From assembly GCF_018350175.1 (NCBI RefSeq), contig NC_058383.1:20462001-20526000 (forward strand): a DNA stretch of 64,000 nt, written 5' to 3'. This DNA is from Felis catus. Its lineage: Eukaryota. Positions within the stretch are counted from its first letter, which is position 1. The number at the start of each line of letters is the position of its first letter. Of this stretch, positions 11,250 through 24,675 are shown piece by piece. Both the position numbers and the translations under genes were made by a program. The notes beneath the pieces were generated by a model. That model was not told where the DNA came from. It saw only the letters and a list, made by a program, of their open reading frames with translations, and did not search any database.

Positions 11250-11520
11250 CTTTTCTTCTTTATTTTACTCAGTTATAGTTAAGATGCAGCGTTCTGTTAG
11301 TTTCAGGTGTCCATGATAGTGATTCATCACTTCCATTCGTCACCCAGGGCTCATGGTGACAGGTGCAGACCTTCATCCCCGTCGCCCGTGTCGCCCATCA
11401 CCTCCCCCCCCCCACCTGCCCTCTGGCGACCACCCGTTTATTCTCTATCGTTCAGAATCTGTTTGGGGGTTTGTCTCTTTTTTTTTTCCTTTGTTCATTT
11501 GTTCTGTTTCTTAAATTCTG
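11250..11520 (-). mobile_element. L1 3' end (carnivore type)
   Basis: TTAGTTTCAGGTGT..ATAGTGATTCA..CCCTCTGGCGACCAC..TTCTCTAT..TTCTTAAATTC; similar to 62360-62630. Confidence 0.8.
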
Positions 11521-12098
11521 TCAAGAAGAACATCTCATTTGTCTCTAACACCTAACACTTGCTTTGGGTCCCTGTCTTAAAAAGGGAAATCAATGCTCAG
11601 ACGACTCTTTCCCAGGTATCTTCCAAGGCGCTTAAAACATTATTTTGCTCTCATTATCTTTATTTATGTAAATATGTACCGTGATTGCCGTGGGATCTAT
11701 ATTTGTGGCGATAATGGAAAGCCGGCCCTTATCGATAAATTATAGTATTAAAGAGTCACGTTGACTTGAAGGAAAATATCATGCACGCAGGCGTGGATGG
11801 TATACCCTGTGGGCCATTACTATGGAGAAAAAAATCATTATAGTGCTAGGCAAATACTCTGACATTTAGAAAGCCCTGGTTAGACCTTAAAGTCTTCCAA
11901 TCCCGAGCACTTTAGACTCCACAGAACAAAATGGGATTTAAATTGCTTTGCTGATTCTGGGACAAAGTCAACTCTTTTAAAGAAAGCAGACAGGCAGGAT
12001 TCGGGGATGTATTCCAGTTGAGGCGAAACGTCGTCCGCAAGGGATTTTTAGCCCTACTAGCCACTCTCTCTCAGTTGTAAGACTCAGCAAAACATGAC

Positions 12099-12770
12099 CG
12101 TGATGGCTAATTTTGCGTGTCAACTTGGCTAGCTTATAGTAGCCAGTCGTTTGACCGAACGCCAGTCCAGATATGGCCGTAAAGTTATTTGTTTAGATGC
12201 GATTAACATTCGCTGTCAGCTGACTTTAAAACAGAGTAGCCTCGGGGCGCCTGGGTGGCTCAGTCACTTAACTGTCTGACTTCGGCTCAGGTCACGATCT
12301 CGCGGTTCGTGGGTTCGAGCCCCGCGTCGGGCTCTGTGCCGATAGCTCGGAGCCTGGAGCCTGCTTCGGATTCTGTGTCTCCCTCTCTCTCTGCCCCTTG
12401 CCCGCTGGCCCTCTGTATCTCTCTCTCAAAAACACAAATAAAAACATTTAAAAAAAATTTTTTTTAATAAATAAATAAAGCAGAGTAGCCTCCATAAAGT
12501 GGGTGGGCCTGGTTTAATCAGTTGAAGGCTATGAGCAAAGACGGGGGTTTCTTGAAAAAGAAGAAATGCTGACTCTGGGCTGCAATGTAGAAATTCTGCC
12601 TTAGTTTCCGGCCTTCAGACTCAAGACTTCGACATCAACTTTTACCTGGATGCCCAGGCTGCCAGCTTGCATTATGGATTTCAGATTGGCCAGCTTCTGC
12701 AATAATGTGAGCCGGTTCCTTCAAACAAATCTCTCTTTTTGTATCTATATTATCTATATCTGTCTATCTA
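12099..12770 (+). mobile_element. ERVL LTR (MLT2-type) interrupted by a SINE
   Basis: TGATGGCTAATTTTGCGTGTCAACTTGGCTAG start; GTGGGTGGGCCT..AATCAGTTGAAGG; GTGAGCCGGTTCCTT..AAATCTCTC. Confidence 0.8.
12244..12480 (+). mobile_element. CAN-SINE
   Basis: TSD CAGAGTAGCCTC at 12232-12243 and 12481-12492. Confidence 0.96.
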
Positions 12771-12799
12771 CACACCTGCATACAACAGTAACAAAACCT

Positions 12800-13180
12800 T
12801 AGAGGAATTTGTTTTGTGCTACTAACGACATGAAGGTGGGCTTCAGGCAGTACTTGATCCAGGGGCTCAAGTGACGGCACGAAGATTTATTTTTACCTAC
12901 GTCTTGGTTCTGATTTCTGATCGTAGATTCATCGTCAACCTCTGCAAGGTGCCCCTTGGCAGCTCCAGGCTTGCATCCTTCCAAGTCTAAGTACAAAGTA
13001 AAATAGTATCTCAGCCTCTAACAGTTCAAACAGTCGTCACGGGCCTGGATGCCTCTGCCCCCAATCAATCACATGTTCACCCCTGAACTAATCACTGAGG
13101 TCAGAGAATGGAACACACTGATCCTCTCAATCACAGGCATGAGGGAGGAGTGGGTTGCCTCCCCAAAAGGAATGACTTTG
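12800..13180 (-). mobile_element. Old MaLR LTR (MLT1J/K-like)
   Basis: GGGCTTCAGGCAG..GATCCAGGGGCTCAA, GGCAGCTCCAGGCTT, CCCCTGAACTAATCACTG. Confidence 0.5.
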
Positions 13181-13239
13181 GCGTATTGCTCTCAGATCTA
13201 AGATGTGGGACGGGAATGACAGCGCTCCGTGACACCATG

Positions 13240-13395
13240 CCTCTCAAACCTTAACGGGCACGGGAATCAGCTGGGGGGCTGGTCACAGACAAAAATTCTG
13301 ATTCGTTAGTTCTGTGACGGGGCTTGCAATGCAGCATCTGTAACAGACTCCAGATCATTCTGGTACTGCCGGCCCATGGGCCACGCTTTGAGTCC
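13240..13395. mobile_element. MER5-like hAT element
   Basis: GAATCAGCTGGGG..ATTCTGATTC..GGGCCACGCTTTGAG. Confidence 0.5.
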
Positions 13396-14352
13396 CGAGA
13401 GTCATTAGGCCATCTATTCCAGAGGCTGGCTGAGACCCATCCCTAATTGCCGAGAGTGGCAGACCAAGGCGGGAGGAAGGTTCTGGTTCAACACAGCATT
13501 TCACCAGCCAGAGGGAGCCTGTCTCTTCCTTGCCTGCTGGAGGCACGGACAGAAAGGTGGTCCGACACATACATCATGCAGCATGAGCCCCTGGGGCTGC
13601 TCAGTCCTGCTCAGGGTAAACGAGGACAGATAAAGACGTCCCTGTTACCCGGATGCCTTTGTGGAGAAGTCTGCATTCCTCAAGATTTACACAACCCACC
13701 AACTGGATCAGAGAAACAGCCCAGAGCTGCTGTTTGTATGCTCTGAGCGAAACCAGAGAAAACCACAGGTCAAGGCAGAGTCATATAATTTCATGGTTGA
13801 AGATTTTAGCCCACACCGCGTACTTCTCAGATAAGGTGTTTATTGCTGTAGGGGAAATTTGAACTTTGTTGGACAAAGGAGACCAAAGTCTTTTACTTTT
13901 TAAATACCATGTTAGTCTTTCAGCCAAAGGCTTACCGTCAGGCTTCTGTGTCTGGGTTTTAAAGAGTGCCGGATTTGGGAGGAATTTGACACGAGAGGAT
14001 CATTGAGCCTTATAGAAAATGTCTACAATTGGATTAGATGTTCCAAGTTATATGCCAGATAATCAATAGCTGATTCCATCAGGATTTTACCTATTATCAA
14101 GGAAAAGTTCTATTTCTGTCATTAAGGGAATCAGACTCACCTTCTCACGGTTCTCTGATATTAACCACAGTAACTGCCAAACAAATAAATACAATAAATA
14201 CAACCCTCCCCCGACCCCCAAAGGATGCTGATAGGACTTCTAATAATTTCGGGCCAGATTTCACACGAAGAAACAATACGGCACAGCCAGGCAAAGGGAC
14301 CTTGAGTTCACAGGGCAGGAGTTGAGGTTCAAGCCACATAAACCAGCTTCCG

Positions 14353-14572
14353 TGGGGTGCCTGGGTGGCTCAGTCAGTTGAGCATCGGACTTCAGGTCAG
14401 GTCACGATGTCCCAGTTCGTGGGTTCGAGCCCCGCATCGGGCTCTGTGCTGACAGCTCAGAACCTAGAACCTGCTTCGGATTCTGTGTCTCCCTCTCTCT
14501 CCACCCCTCTCCCGCTTGCTCTCTCTCTCTCCCTCTCAAAAATAAATAAACATTGAAAAAATAAATAAATAG
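14353..14572 (+). mobile_element. CAN-SINE
   Basis: Degenerate TSD ATAAACCAGCTTCC / ATAAGCTAGCTTCC. Confidence 0.93.
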
Positions 14573-14697
14573 ATAAGCTAGCTTCCTTGTACATCTACAG
14601 GCGTCCGAAACCAATCTCCCTTGCTGAAATAAATTGTAAACGATGAGGGTGTCTTTCCAAAATACCTTGCTTAGTTTTATTTAATCATTTGATTTTT

Positions 14698-14918
14698 TTT
14701 TTAATTTTTTTTTTCAACATTTATTTATTTTTGGGACAGAGAGAGACAGAGCATGAACGGGGGAGGGGCAGAGAGAGAGGGAGACACAGAATCGGAAACA
14801 GGCTCCAGGCTCTGAGCCATCAGCCCAGAGCCTGACGCGGGGCTCGAACTCACAGACCGCGAGATCGTGACCTGGCTGAAGTCGGACGCTTAACCGACTG
14901 CGCCACCCAGGCGCCCCC
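14698..14918 (-). mobile_element. Young felid CAN-SINE
   Basis: TSD TAATCATTTGATTTTT at 14682-14697 and 14919-14934. Confidence 0.97.
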
Positions 14919-15419
14919 TAATCATTTGATTTTTAAATTCATTCAGGTGTTCCTGCGTTGCTTTCCAAGGTGAAACTAAATATTATGAGAAAGATAATCA
15001 GGGATATTTGAGCATCTCCTTGACTGAATATACTTTCCCTGAAGGCAGAGAAGGTTGATCTTGTCCAACATGGACTTCTCCCACCAGCACACTGTCTGGC
15101 ACAAGGGAGGAGCTCACCTGTATCAGTTAAATGAATGACATAATAAACAGCTAGATGAAAATACGTCCGGAAAGACGTATTTTTTCCCCCTACCAGAAAT
15201 GAGTTTCTGGTGAGGAAGATCAAATCGTATCAGGAAATAAACAATTGTGTACAAAGAAACAGAGGCATAAAATTGCCCAGTGTGCTTCAAAACAGATCAA
15301 GATTTTGATACAGATCATGTGATAAACTGCACGGCAGGGAACGGTAGAAGGTAAGTATGAAAAGGCAGGAGGGGGCCAGACTGTGATATGTATTTGCTGG
15401 GCCCTTTCAGGGCCAAGTA

Positions 15420-15850
15420 GCAACTGAAGTACAATTAGTAGTGAACTGAACATTAAAAAAAATTATAGAGGCACATGTAACTGGAAAATCAGAAAACCTA
15501 GATTCAGGTATGGCTGGATCTAGGTGTTCAAACGATGTCATCAGGAATATGCCTTCCTGTGTATCTTGGTTTCACTTCTTCTAGTTTGTTTTCATTTTCG
15601 GACAGGCTCTCCCCCAGAGGTGAAAGAATGGGAAGGCCCACGGTTTGGATCCGTGGTTTGTTAGCTTTAACCTGTAGCCCAGATTAGGTCTCATGTCTGT
15701 TCTTTAGCCAATGAGCGGATCCTAGAGGCTATGGTATTCTCATGGGCCATCCTAGATCATAATCTTATCCCTGCATCCTGAAAGTGTGAGCGGTCCTACC
15801 CAAGTGGCATGGATTGAGCCTCGGAGAAGTAGGGATTCCTAAAGGAAAAC
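15420..15850 (-). mobile_element. Old MaLR LTR (MLT1K-like)
   Basis: TTCAGGTATGGCTGGATCTAGGTGTTCAAACGATGTCATCAGGA. Confidence 0.55.
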
Positions 15851-16124
15851 TTCAGCAAGCAGGAAATAACCAGATAAACCACCCCCCCACACTAAAAAAC
15901 TCATAACGTGCTGTCTGATCATCGTTCTAAAACTTTCTACAAGATGCGAACTAACTTCTAGGGATAGACCAGTGGTTGCTTGCTTATGGGAGGAAGAGCA
16001 GAAAAGAGAGATTACAAAAGGGCACAAGAACACTTTCGAGGTGATGGATCTATCCGTTACCTTGACTCTTTCTTGGTATATCCGTATGTCGAAGTTTATC
16101 AGAGTTTATACTTTTAAAAAAAAT

Positions 16125-16340
16125 TTAAATCTTTTTTATTTATTTTTGAGAGAGAGAGAGAGAGGGAGACAAGTGTGAGCGGGGGAGGGGCAGAGAGAGA
16201 GGGAGACACAGACTCCGAAGCAGGCTCCAGGCTCCGAGCTGTCAGCCCAGAGCCCGACGCGGGGCTCGAACTCACAAACTGCGAGATCATGACCTGAGCC
16301 CAAGTTGGACGCTCAACCGACGGAGCCACCCAGGCGCCTC
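16125..16340 (-). mobile_element. CAN-SINE (tandem pair, copy 1)
   Basis: Full reverse-strand SINE. Confidence 0.93.
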
Positions 16341-16344
16341 TAAA

Positions 16345-16553
16345 TTTTTTGTTACGTTTATTCATTTTTGAAAGACAGACAGAGAGCACAAGCAGGGGTG
16401 GGGCGGAGAGAGAGGGAGACACAGACTCCGAAGCAGGCTCCAGGCTCCGAGCCATCAGCACAGAGCCCGACGCGGGGCTCGAACTCACAGACCGCGAGAT
16501 CATGACCTGAACTGAAGTCGGACTCTTAATGGACTGAGCCACCCGGGCGCCCT
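16345..16553 (-). mobile_element. CAN-SINE (tandem pair, copy 2)
   Basis: Full reverse-strand SINE. Confidence 0.93.
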
Positions 16554-16829
16554 GATCAAAGTTTACCCTTTAAATATGTGCCGTTTATTGTGTGTCCTTT
16601 ATACTCCACAGAGCTATGAAATATTGCAAAAAGAGAGAAAGGGTGATGATGGCCAGGAAGGCAGTCGCCTGCGATGGCTTGCCCCAAAGCAATGAGATGA
16701 CACAAGGTTTTAATCCGAAGAATAAAATAACTCGGAACGTTAAGATCAGTATGGACACTGGATGCGAAACTACCAGAGAGGCGACAGGGTAGGAGCAAAG
16801 ACACTCGTGAAGAGGCCTACTGGCTGTCT

Positions 16830-17235
16830 CTCGTGCTGCCCCTGGCACGAGAGGCTTGCGTGTGTGCAGCTGGGGCAGCTACAGCCTGACTCGGCCACAT
16901 CCCTCTCTCCCAGCCTGGCATTCAAGCATGCCCGCCCCGGGAGTCTCTGGGAACTAACACCCCACGGAAGATGCTGAGCCCAGAGCGTCAACGCTTCCTC
17001 TTCTCTCCCCGAATGAGTAACTTCTCTGTCCTGCTCCGATTACCTGCTTGGAAGGGTCCAGCTGGAGCTGACCCCAGTTGCCCGTAGCAATGGCCAGCTC
17101 AGCAGTGCCCTCTTCTACTGGTTTCTCTGTTTCCCTCTTCCGGTCTCCCTACATCCCTCCCTCCACTAAACCCCCCGCAGTGAATGCTGGAGCCCCCACG
17201 TTCCGGGGCTTTGGGGAGCCTGAAAACCATGACGG
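16830..17235 (+). mobile_element. ERVL LTR (LTR16-like)
   Basis: CCCCGGGAGTCTCTGGGAACTAACACCCC, CCCCAGTTGCCCGTAGCAATGGCCAGCTC. Confidence 0.55.
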
Positions 17236-17514
17236 GTGAACGTCATAGTCTAGGTGAGTAAGTCAAGTGACGGTCTGGATGGAGAAGGAGAGAAGGAAAT
17301 GTCAGGTCACGGGGACTAGACGTGCAGAGAGGGGGAGAGACCACGCACATCTAATTCGTGCAGGTGAACCCAGAGGAAACCCAAAGACAGAAATGATCGT
17401 TTTATAAAGAAAGACAAAGTGTCAGAATTATCTAGGACTCGTGAGTCTGAGAAGGAGTCAATATTTCAGTCTTCTGGACATTTAAATGGTGGACAATTTA
17501 CTTTGGATTTTTTT

Positions 17515-17900
17515 TTTTTTAACGCTACCGTGGTGGTTTACCAATGGTTTTAGGGCACCACCACCAATTCACCGTTAATGCACTGAAAAGAAAGGTAGCG
17601 AGTCGGAGGTATTCCAACAGGGCACGTTGGGGATGGCTTGTCTTTATACTGTCTCAACTAGGGCCCCACCTGGAAGACTCTAAGGCCAGGGCCTGGGATC
17701 ATCTGTGGGCTCATTTGCTTACCCATGTGGCGGTCGATTCCGACCATGAGCTGGGGGCTTCCTCTAACACAGGCGAGTCCCAGCCTCTTGGAAGGGAAGG
17801 CGGAAAGGCCTGCAGTGTCGTCCCACTGGTCAAGGCGATCACAAAAGTCTGTCTCTGCTCAGGTGAAGGAACCATGGATCCCACACGTGATGGGGGATGA
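17515..17900 (-). mobile_element. MaLR LTR (MLT1F/H-like)
   Basis: GGGGATGGCTTGTCT, CTGGAAGACTC, GGATCATCTG..GGCTCATT, CTGGTCAAGGCGATCACAA. Confidence 0.5.
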
Positions 17901-18000
17901 CAATGGCATACGGTTAAAAGGGATCGGGTGTTAATCGCCTCTTGCTGCTGGAAGATTAGCACACATTTAGTCGCTTAAAGCCCACACGTCTTTAATCCCA

Positions 18001-18285
18001 CAGACCGTGTTCTCCAATAGAAGTATAATGCAAGCCACGCAGGTGATTTAAATTCTTCTGGAAGCCACATTTATGAAAGTAAAATTTAGATAGGAAAAAC
18101 GGATTTTAGTATTATCTTGTTTAACCCAATTATCTGAAATTCTGTCCTTTTTCAGCGTGAAATCCACATAACAAGGACTGAGATACTCTACGTTGTTTAG
18201 ACTAAATCCTCAAACCTCATTGTGTATTAGATAGTGATATCGCGTCTTAATTCAGATGGGTGGCAATCAGGCTGTGTAGCCACAG
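18001..18285. mobile_element. MER33/MER3-like hAT DNA transposon
   Basis: TCCAATAGAAGTATAATGCAAGCCAC..TTTAAATT..AGCCACATT..TTTAACCCAAT. Confidence 0.7.
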
Positions 18286-19997
18286 ACATTATGTCTGAAA
18301 CCATTCTGAGGATAAACCTCCAAACATCCAAATATGAGGATGACATCACATATATAGTCAGATGCCAAAACCCTCCACTCCCAGAGTTTCAGTTTTAGAG
18401 ATCACTTCTCTAGCTTCTGTCTGGGTGTCACACCCCTCGACCAGATGACGGGTAGGGTCAGGGGTGCAGGAAAGGGGATTGTGTGCTCTCTAGACTGACT
18501 CTCAACAAAGGGTCCTTGGCCATTCGCTTCCAGCTCGGTCATCGTCCCCACCTCTAGTCTCGATAGTAGCAAACTGTATCAGGAATAGGTAACTGAGCCA
18601 GGGGGTGGCGGCTTGCTTTTGAAAAATAAAATTTCATTCCTCCTTTCTTGTTCTTGTGCTAGCACCCCATCAATCCCAGAAGGGGAGGTTCCCGGCAGGT
18701 TGTTAGATGGACAAGGTTTATCTCCGGTAGCTTCCCTGCCGCTCCAGGGTCAAGCCCTTGCCTACGTTTACAGCGTAGAACATCCCCCCTTTCCCTGCAG
18801 GTGCTTCTTACGCTGGCTACGTGGAGAACCCTCATTCATGGTAACCCAGCACAAATGTTAATTCTCCTTAGAAACTTCCCCAACATCACTAATCTCCCTC
18901 TTTCTTCTTTCCTCATTTCCTTTCAGATCCCCTTGTATATCTTCCTTCTATCAGAGCCCTTAATGCTTTTTACTATGATGGTTTATTCATTTCTCTGCCA
19001 CGCCAATATATTGTTACATTTTCCAAGGAAGAGACGACGCCATTCATCTCTTCATTCTCTGTGATTATCACAAGGCTTTTCCCATAGTAGACAGTCAGCC
19101 ATGGGGACTCCTTTGGTCCAGTGAATAGAGGAAAGCTAATTGGCCCATATGGGGGAATGAGTGTGTGACCTTGGCTTTATCTCCATGAGCTTGGAGACAA
19201 GATTTGCATGCTTTTGTTGTTCTGGGTCAAGGGAACCACATGCTGTTCAAAGTACTAGGGTTTGAATACAGGGATATTTGACAATACACCTGTTTAGTTA
19301 GATAAAGGGGACCTATTCAGATACTGTGGGAAAGGAATCAATGAAGTTCCTGGCCCCTTTGCCTTTGACAATAGTCTTTCTGAGCAGCAGAAAGAGAGAG
19401 CCTCTAAGAAGGTGATTAATGTGAGCTCCTGCTGAGGCCTTCAAATTGATCTTGGCAAAGAAAATGTCATTTCTCTGCCTGTCCCTTGGCTTCAGAGACA
19501 CTCTGGAAAGGACAGTTTCAAACAGACTGACGAGGATACACAGGATACTGTCAAGGAAGACAGAGGATGCTTATATCTGGGGTAAATACAAGTGGATTCA
19601 TCAACTCAAGAATAAAAGTTCATTTCCATGTTACGTCGCCTCCACTTGAGGTGCCTTGTTGCTTCTTGGCATCCTTAACGATGACACCGTTGATCCTTCG
19701 TGTGACACCCTGATCTCATGGGCCACTGATCCCACAACTACACTGGCTTTCACTACTTTTCAGGTATTTATAGATACATACTATTCATATGACACTGCCC
19801 TCAGTTCTGAAGAAATGGAAATAAATCAGGCATGGTCCAAGCCGTGAAGAAGCCGATCTTCTAGTGGAGAGTCAGATACAGACACATAGAATTATAATCA
19901 ACTGTCATAAATACAATAATAGAGATGGTATGAAACATAGTAGCGATACATTAATGAGGGATATTTGCTTTCCTTTGCTACTTTGCCCATTCATTTT

Positions 19998-20727
19998 ATA
20001 TATATATACATATGTATGTATATATATAATATATATGTGTGTATAATATATGTGTATATAATATATATGTGTGTATAATATATATGTGTGTATAATATAT
20101 GTGTGTATATTTTATATGTGTGTATAATATATATGTCTGTATATTATATATGTGTGTACAATATATATGTGTGTATATTATATATGTGTGTACAATATAT
20201 ATGTGTGTACAATATATGTGTGTATATCATATATGTGTGTATAACATATATGTGTGTATATCATATGTGTGTATAATATATATGTGTATATATCATATGT
20301 GTGTGTATAATATATGTGTGTATATTATATGTGTGTGTATAATATATGTGTGTATAATATATGTGTGTGTATAATATGTGTGTGTATATTATGTGTGTGT
20401 ATAATATGTGTGTGTATATTATATGTGTGTGTATAATATATGTGTGTGTATATTATATGTGTGTGTATAATATATGTGTGTGTATAATATGTGTGTGTGT
20501 ATATTATGTGTGTGTATAATATATGTGTGTGTATATTATATGTGTGTGTATATTATATATGTGTGTATATTATATATTTGTATAATATATATGTGTATAT
20601 ATTATATATGTGTTTATAATATATATGTGTATATATTATATATGTATATATACATACATATATGTATGTATATATACATGTGTATGTGTATATATATATG
20701 TATGTATGTATACTCATGAGTATATAC
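19998..20727. repeat. Compound (TA)n/(TG)n array, about 730 bp
   Basis: Recurrent units such as ATATATGTGTGTATA. Confidence 0.97.
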
Positions 20728-21556
20728 AGTACATAGGAGTATGCTACAGCAGTGAGAAGAAAAAAGTCACTATTCTGAAAGGTCCCTGAGCTGCTAAACA
20801 CTTGGATTGTGCAGAAATCCGAAGGGGTAACAGCGTGGCTGTTCTATCTATGACCACTAGAGCTCAGCAGTCAAGGGCAAAGTGGCATAAAACGAGGTTG
20901 TAGAAAGAACGGGGCCCCATCGTGAAGGGCTTTGTAGGGTATGCTAAGCAGCTGGCTTTGAGTATATTTTTCCTAGACGAAGGGATTTAGGCCGCCAAGA
21001 ACCGAAACATGATGTATACTCTTGCATGATCATTTTGCTGCCAAGTGGCGAACGCATTTGGGGTGGGAGGTAGATGAAGGTGAACAAAAGAAAGAAAGGA
21101 AAGTCAAGATTAGGGGGAGAGAGCTCTGTTGGGAACTTGCAGTGGTTTCCATGGGGCCTTAGACCCAGGAATGACAGTAAAGATGGAGAGAAGAAGATGG
21201 TGGGCAAGGCATTCTCCAAACACAGCAAGAAGAATCCAGGAAGGGGGGGGGGATACATGTAAAAATATGGAGGCAGAAAACAGTTGAGGGAACGTTACTG
21301 TCTCCCCAGTCACCAAGAAGAGCTTAATCATAACACAAACATCACAGTCCTACCACCACCACCATCATCAAGGCCACCACCATCATCACCATCGCCTACA
21401 TCATCTTCATTCCAAATGCCGCCATAATGAATGACAATCTGTAATGCGTACAGTTTTATACACAGCAAACTTCCATCAGCGTTAATTCACCTGAGTTTTT
21501 TGAGGTGGCACATCAATTTTGAGTACAACCTCTTATTACAAATCCCTCTTTGCTCA

Positions 21557-21760
21557 ATTTTTTAATGTTTACTTATTTATTTGGAGAGAGACAGCACGGG
21601 CAGGGGAGGGGCTGAGAGAAAAGTGGAGAGAATCCGAAGCAGGTTCCGTGCTGTCTAGAGCAGAGCCCAACTCGGGACTCAATCTCACAGACTGTGAGAT
21701 CATGACCTGAGCCAAGATCCAGAGTCAGATGCTCAGCCGACCGAGTCACCCGCGTGCCCC
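21557..21760 (-). mobile_element. CAN-SINE
   Basis: Reverse-strand SINE. Confidence 0.88.
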
Positions 21761-23642
21761 ATTTGAAACCCGTTTCAACACCACCCCCTTCGTTGTCACT
21801 GAATGTCCAGTCCCTAGGTCCCTCTCCGTTGTCCTAAAGCTTTTTATCTCCTCCACCATCACGTGCCTTCCTTCCTAATTTCACCATTTGGTCAGACTTT
21901 CCCAACCTGCTCTTTAATGCCCTGCAGATTTAATCATTTCTTTGAAATCCCTTTATATACTAACGGTCCTTAAACCTGGATCACTGCGGGCATGACGTTT
22001 TTCTGATGGTGAACATCACGATTTGGTGAAGAGGGCAACCACGGTGATCCAACTTGCCTTGTTTAATTTCACTAAGAAATATCTCTCAACTTTCAAACCA
22101 TGCCCATGCCAGCCAAGTCCTGGTCGCATCTTATCCCCTCTGTGTTCAGCCGTCAGCTCCATGGAGAACCTCACCCCCCACTTCAGAGGGAAAAACAAAA
22201 CAAAACAAAGAAAATCTTTACACAGATTCCCGTACCTTCTCTACTCTGCAGCTTAAAATCTTTCTTCAGACCATTCTTTTTATGATTTCAACGTATCTTT
22301 ATCTTGTATCTACCCATGTCTTCTCTCAATGTTATCAAAACAGATACCAAACTACTTACTGATTTAGTTACTTTCATTGAAACTTTACTAGTAGCTCATC
22401 AGAAAGAGCTGTCTTTTGAAGGCTTTAAATTTCATCTCGACTGAGTCTGGTATCTATATGACGTCTGCCCTAATGATACTGAAGCTCATCACTATTTTAT
22501 TCTGTCTACGCTGAGTGGAACTGGGGGACTTGATCACTGATTTCTCAGCTCTGAAGTTAATCCTGGCCTGTTCCCTCAGTAATCCACAGTAATTCCCTAA
22601 GTAATTCTCTTGGTTTACCACAGAGAGAAGTGGGCACCCTTATAGTCAGAAACGTATCCTTGTTAGGTCCCTCTCCATCTCTGAATCCACAGAAGGATGC
22701 TACCCTCTCCCCAGTCTTGGATATTACTCTGTTAAATCACAACAGGTTGATTTCAACTCGTTTTTTTTAAAAAAAGAGCTATACTATTTTTTTTTTCATG
22801 CCACAGGATATGCTTTTGAACTTGACTCTGTCATTAACCGGAACGCCAATTAAGAAAAACTCTACACAGAAGGTTCCTAAAAAGGTACAATCCATGAATT
22901 TGGAAATTTCAAGCTGTATCTCTGGACAAAGCTACATCACTAGCCTACTAGGAAGCTTGATAATGCTGTGCAGATGCCTGGGGAAAAAATTTTTCGGAAT
23001 TATGCATTGGTGGGATAACTTCAAACCCTGAAGGCATTCATTATTAACAGCAAGTGAACAAAAAAAAGTGTTGTTCTTTATATTGCAAGTATCTTCTTCA
23101 TAAGGATCTCAGAGATACATTCCAATCTGATCTCTGTGCCAAGAACATTTCACTCCTCCTGAAAATCTGGCTTGTTTTTATTTCACAGGCGTTGTGAGTA
23201 ATGGAAAAAGAGTAAAAATTTCCTGAGGAAACTCAAAGTCAGATACCGGTTTCTTTCTCCGGCACGCAGGTCATGGTGGTGTGCATTCTAGCCTGACCCC
23301 AAGTTCTGTTGACTCTCCTGTCTCGTTTTTCTATTAACATTCACTGTGCCACTTTGCGGTGTTGTGTGTAACAACCGGAAGCCATCGGGGTCCCTTCTGG
23401 GCAAGATGGAGACAGAAATCAATCAATAATGTTCTCAGCCTCTAGTGTCCCTGAAATGTTGCGTCTCTTCTAATGCTTTTAAGGAACTTCAATAAAAAGG
23501 TGGGGGGAGCTATGAGGACTTTTTCTTAACTAGAACTCTGAACTCACTTTTAGCATTTTGCTGAACGGAGTAAATATGTTGAAGATATCTAACGTTGAGA
23601 TGGGAAAGATAAAGCAAGTTCATAGGAATCTTCCTCTGGAGA

Positions 23643-23660
23643 CTTTCTTTCTCTCTTTTC

Positions 23661-23703
<43 letters not shown>

Positions 23704-24675
23704 CTCTCTCTCTCTCTGTCTCTCTTCCTTCCTTCCTTCCTTCCTCCCTTCCCTCTTTCCTTCCTTCTTTCCTTCCCTCCTCCCTTTCTTTCTTCCTCCC
23801 TCCCTTCCTTCCCTCTTCCTCCCTCCCTTTTTTCCTTCCTTCCTCTCTTCCTTCCTTCCTTCCTCCCTTCCTTCTTTCCTTCCTCCCTCCCTCCCTTCCT
23901 TCCTTCCTTCCTTCCTTCCTTCCTTCCTTCCTTCCTCCCTTCCCTCTTTCCTTCCTTCTTTCCTTCCCTCCTCCCTTTCTTTCTTCCTCCCTCCCTTCCT
24001 TCCCTCTTTCTCCCTCCCTTTTTTCCTTCCTTCCTCTCTTCCTTCTTTCCTTCCCTCCTCCCTTTCTTTCTTCCTCCCTTCCTTCCTTCCCTCTTTCTCC
24101 CTCCCTTTTTTCCTTCCTTCCTCTCTTCCTTCTTTCCTTCCTCCCTCCCTCCCTTCTCCCTTCCTTCCTTCCTTCTTTCCTCCCCTACTCCCTTTCTTCC
24201 TTCCTCCCTTCCTTCCTTCCCTCTTCTTCCCTCCCTTTTTTCCTTCCTTCCTCTCTTCCTTCCTCCCTTCCCTCTTTCCTTCCTTCTTTCCTTCCCTCCT
24301 CCCTTTCTTTCTTCCTCCCTCCCTTCCTTCCCTCTTCCTCCCTCGCTTTTTTCCTTCCTTCCTCTCTTCCTTCCTTCCTTCCTCCCTTCTTTCCTTCCTC
24401 CCTCCCTCCCTTCCTTCCTTCATTCCTTCCTCCCTTCCCTCTTTCCTTCCTTCTTTCCTTCCCTCCTCCCTTTCTTTCTTCCTCCCTTCCTTCCTTCCCT
24501 CTTCCTCCCTCCCTTTTTTCCTTCCTTCCTCTCTTCCTTCTTTCCTTCCTCCCTCCCTTCCTCCCTTCCTTCCTTCCTTTCTTCCTTCCTCCCTCCCTTC
24601 CTTCCTTCCTCCCTTCCTTCCTTCCTTCCTTCCTTCCTTCCTTCCTTCCTTTCCTCCCTTCCTCCCTTTCTTTCT
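23643..24675. repeat. Polypyrimidine (CT-rich) tract, about 1030 bp
   Basis: Only four purines seen (23718, 24187, 24345, 24422). Confidence 0.97.

Larger units (their letters stand above)
15910..16625 (+). mobile_element. Old L1 (L1MD-like) 3' end interrupted by two SINEs
   Basis: CAGTGGTTGC..GATTACAAAAGGGCACAAGAACACTTT..GGTGATGGA..TTTAAATATGTGCCGTTTATTG. Confidence 0.65.
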
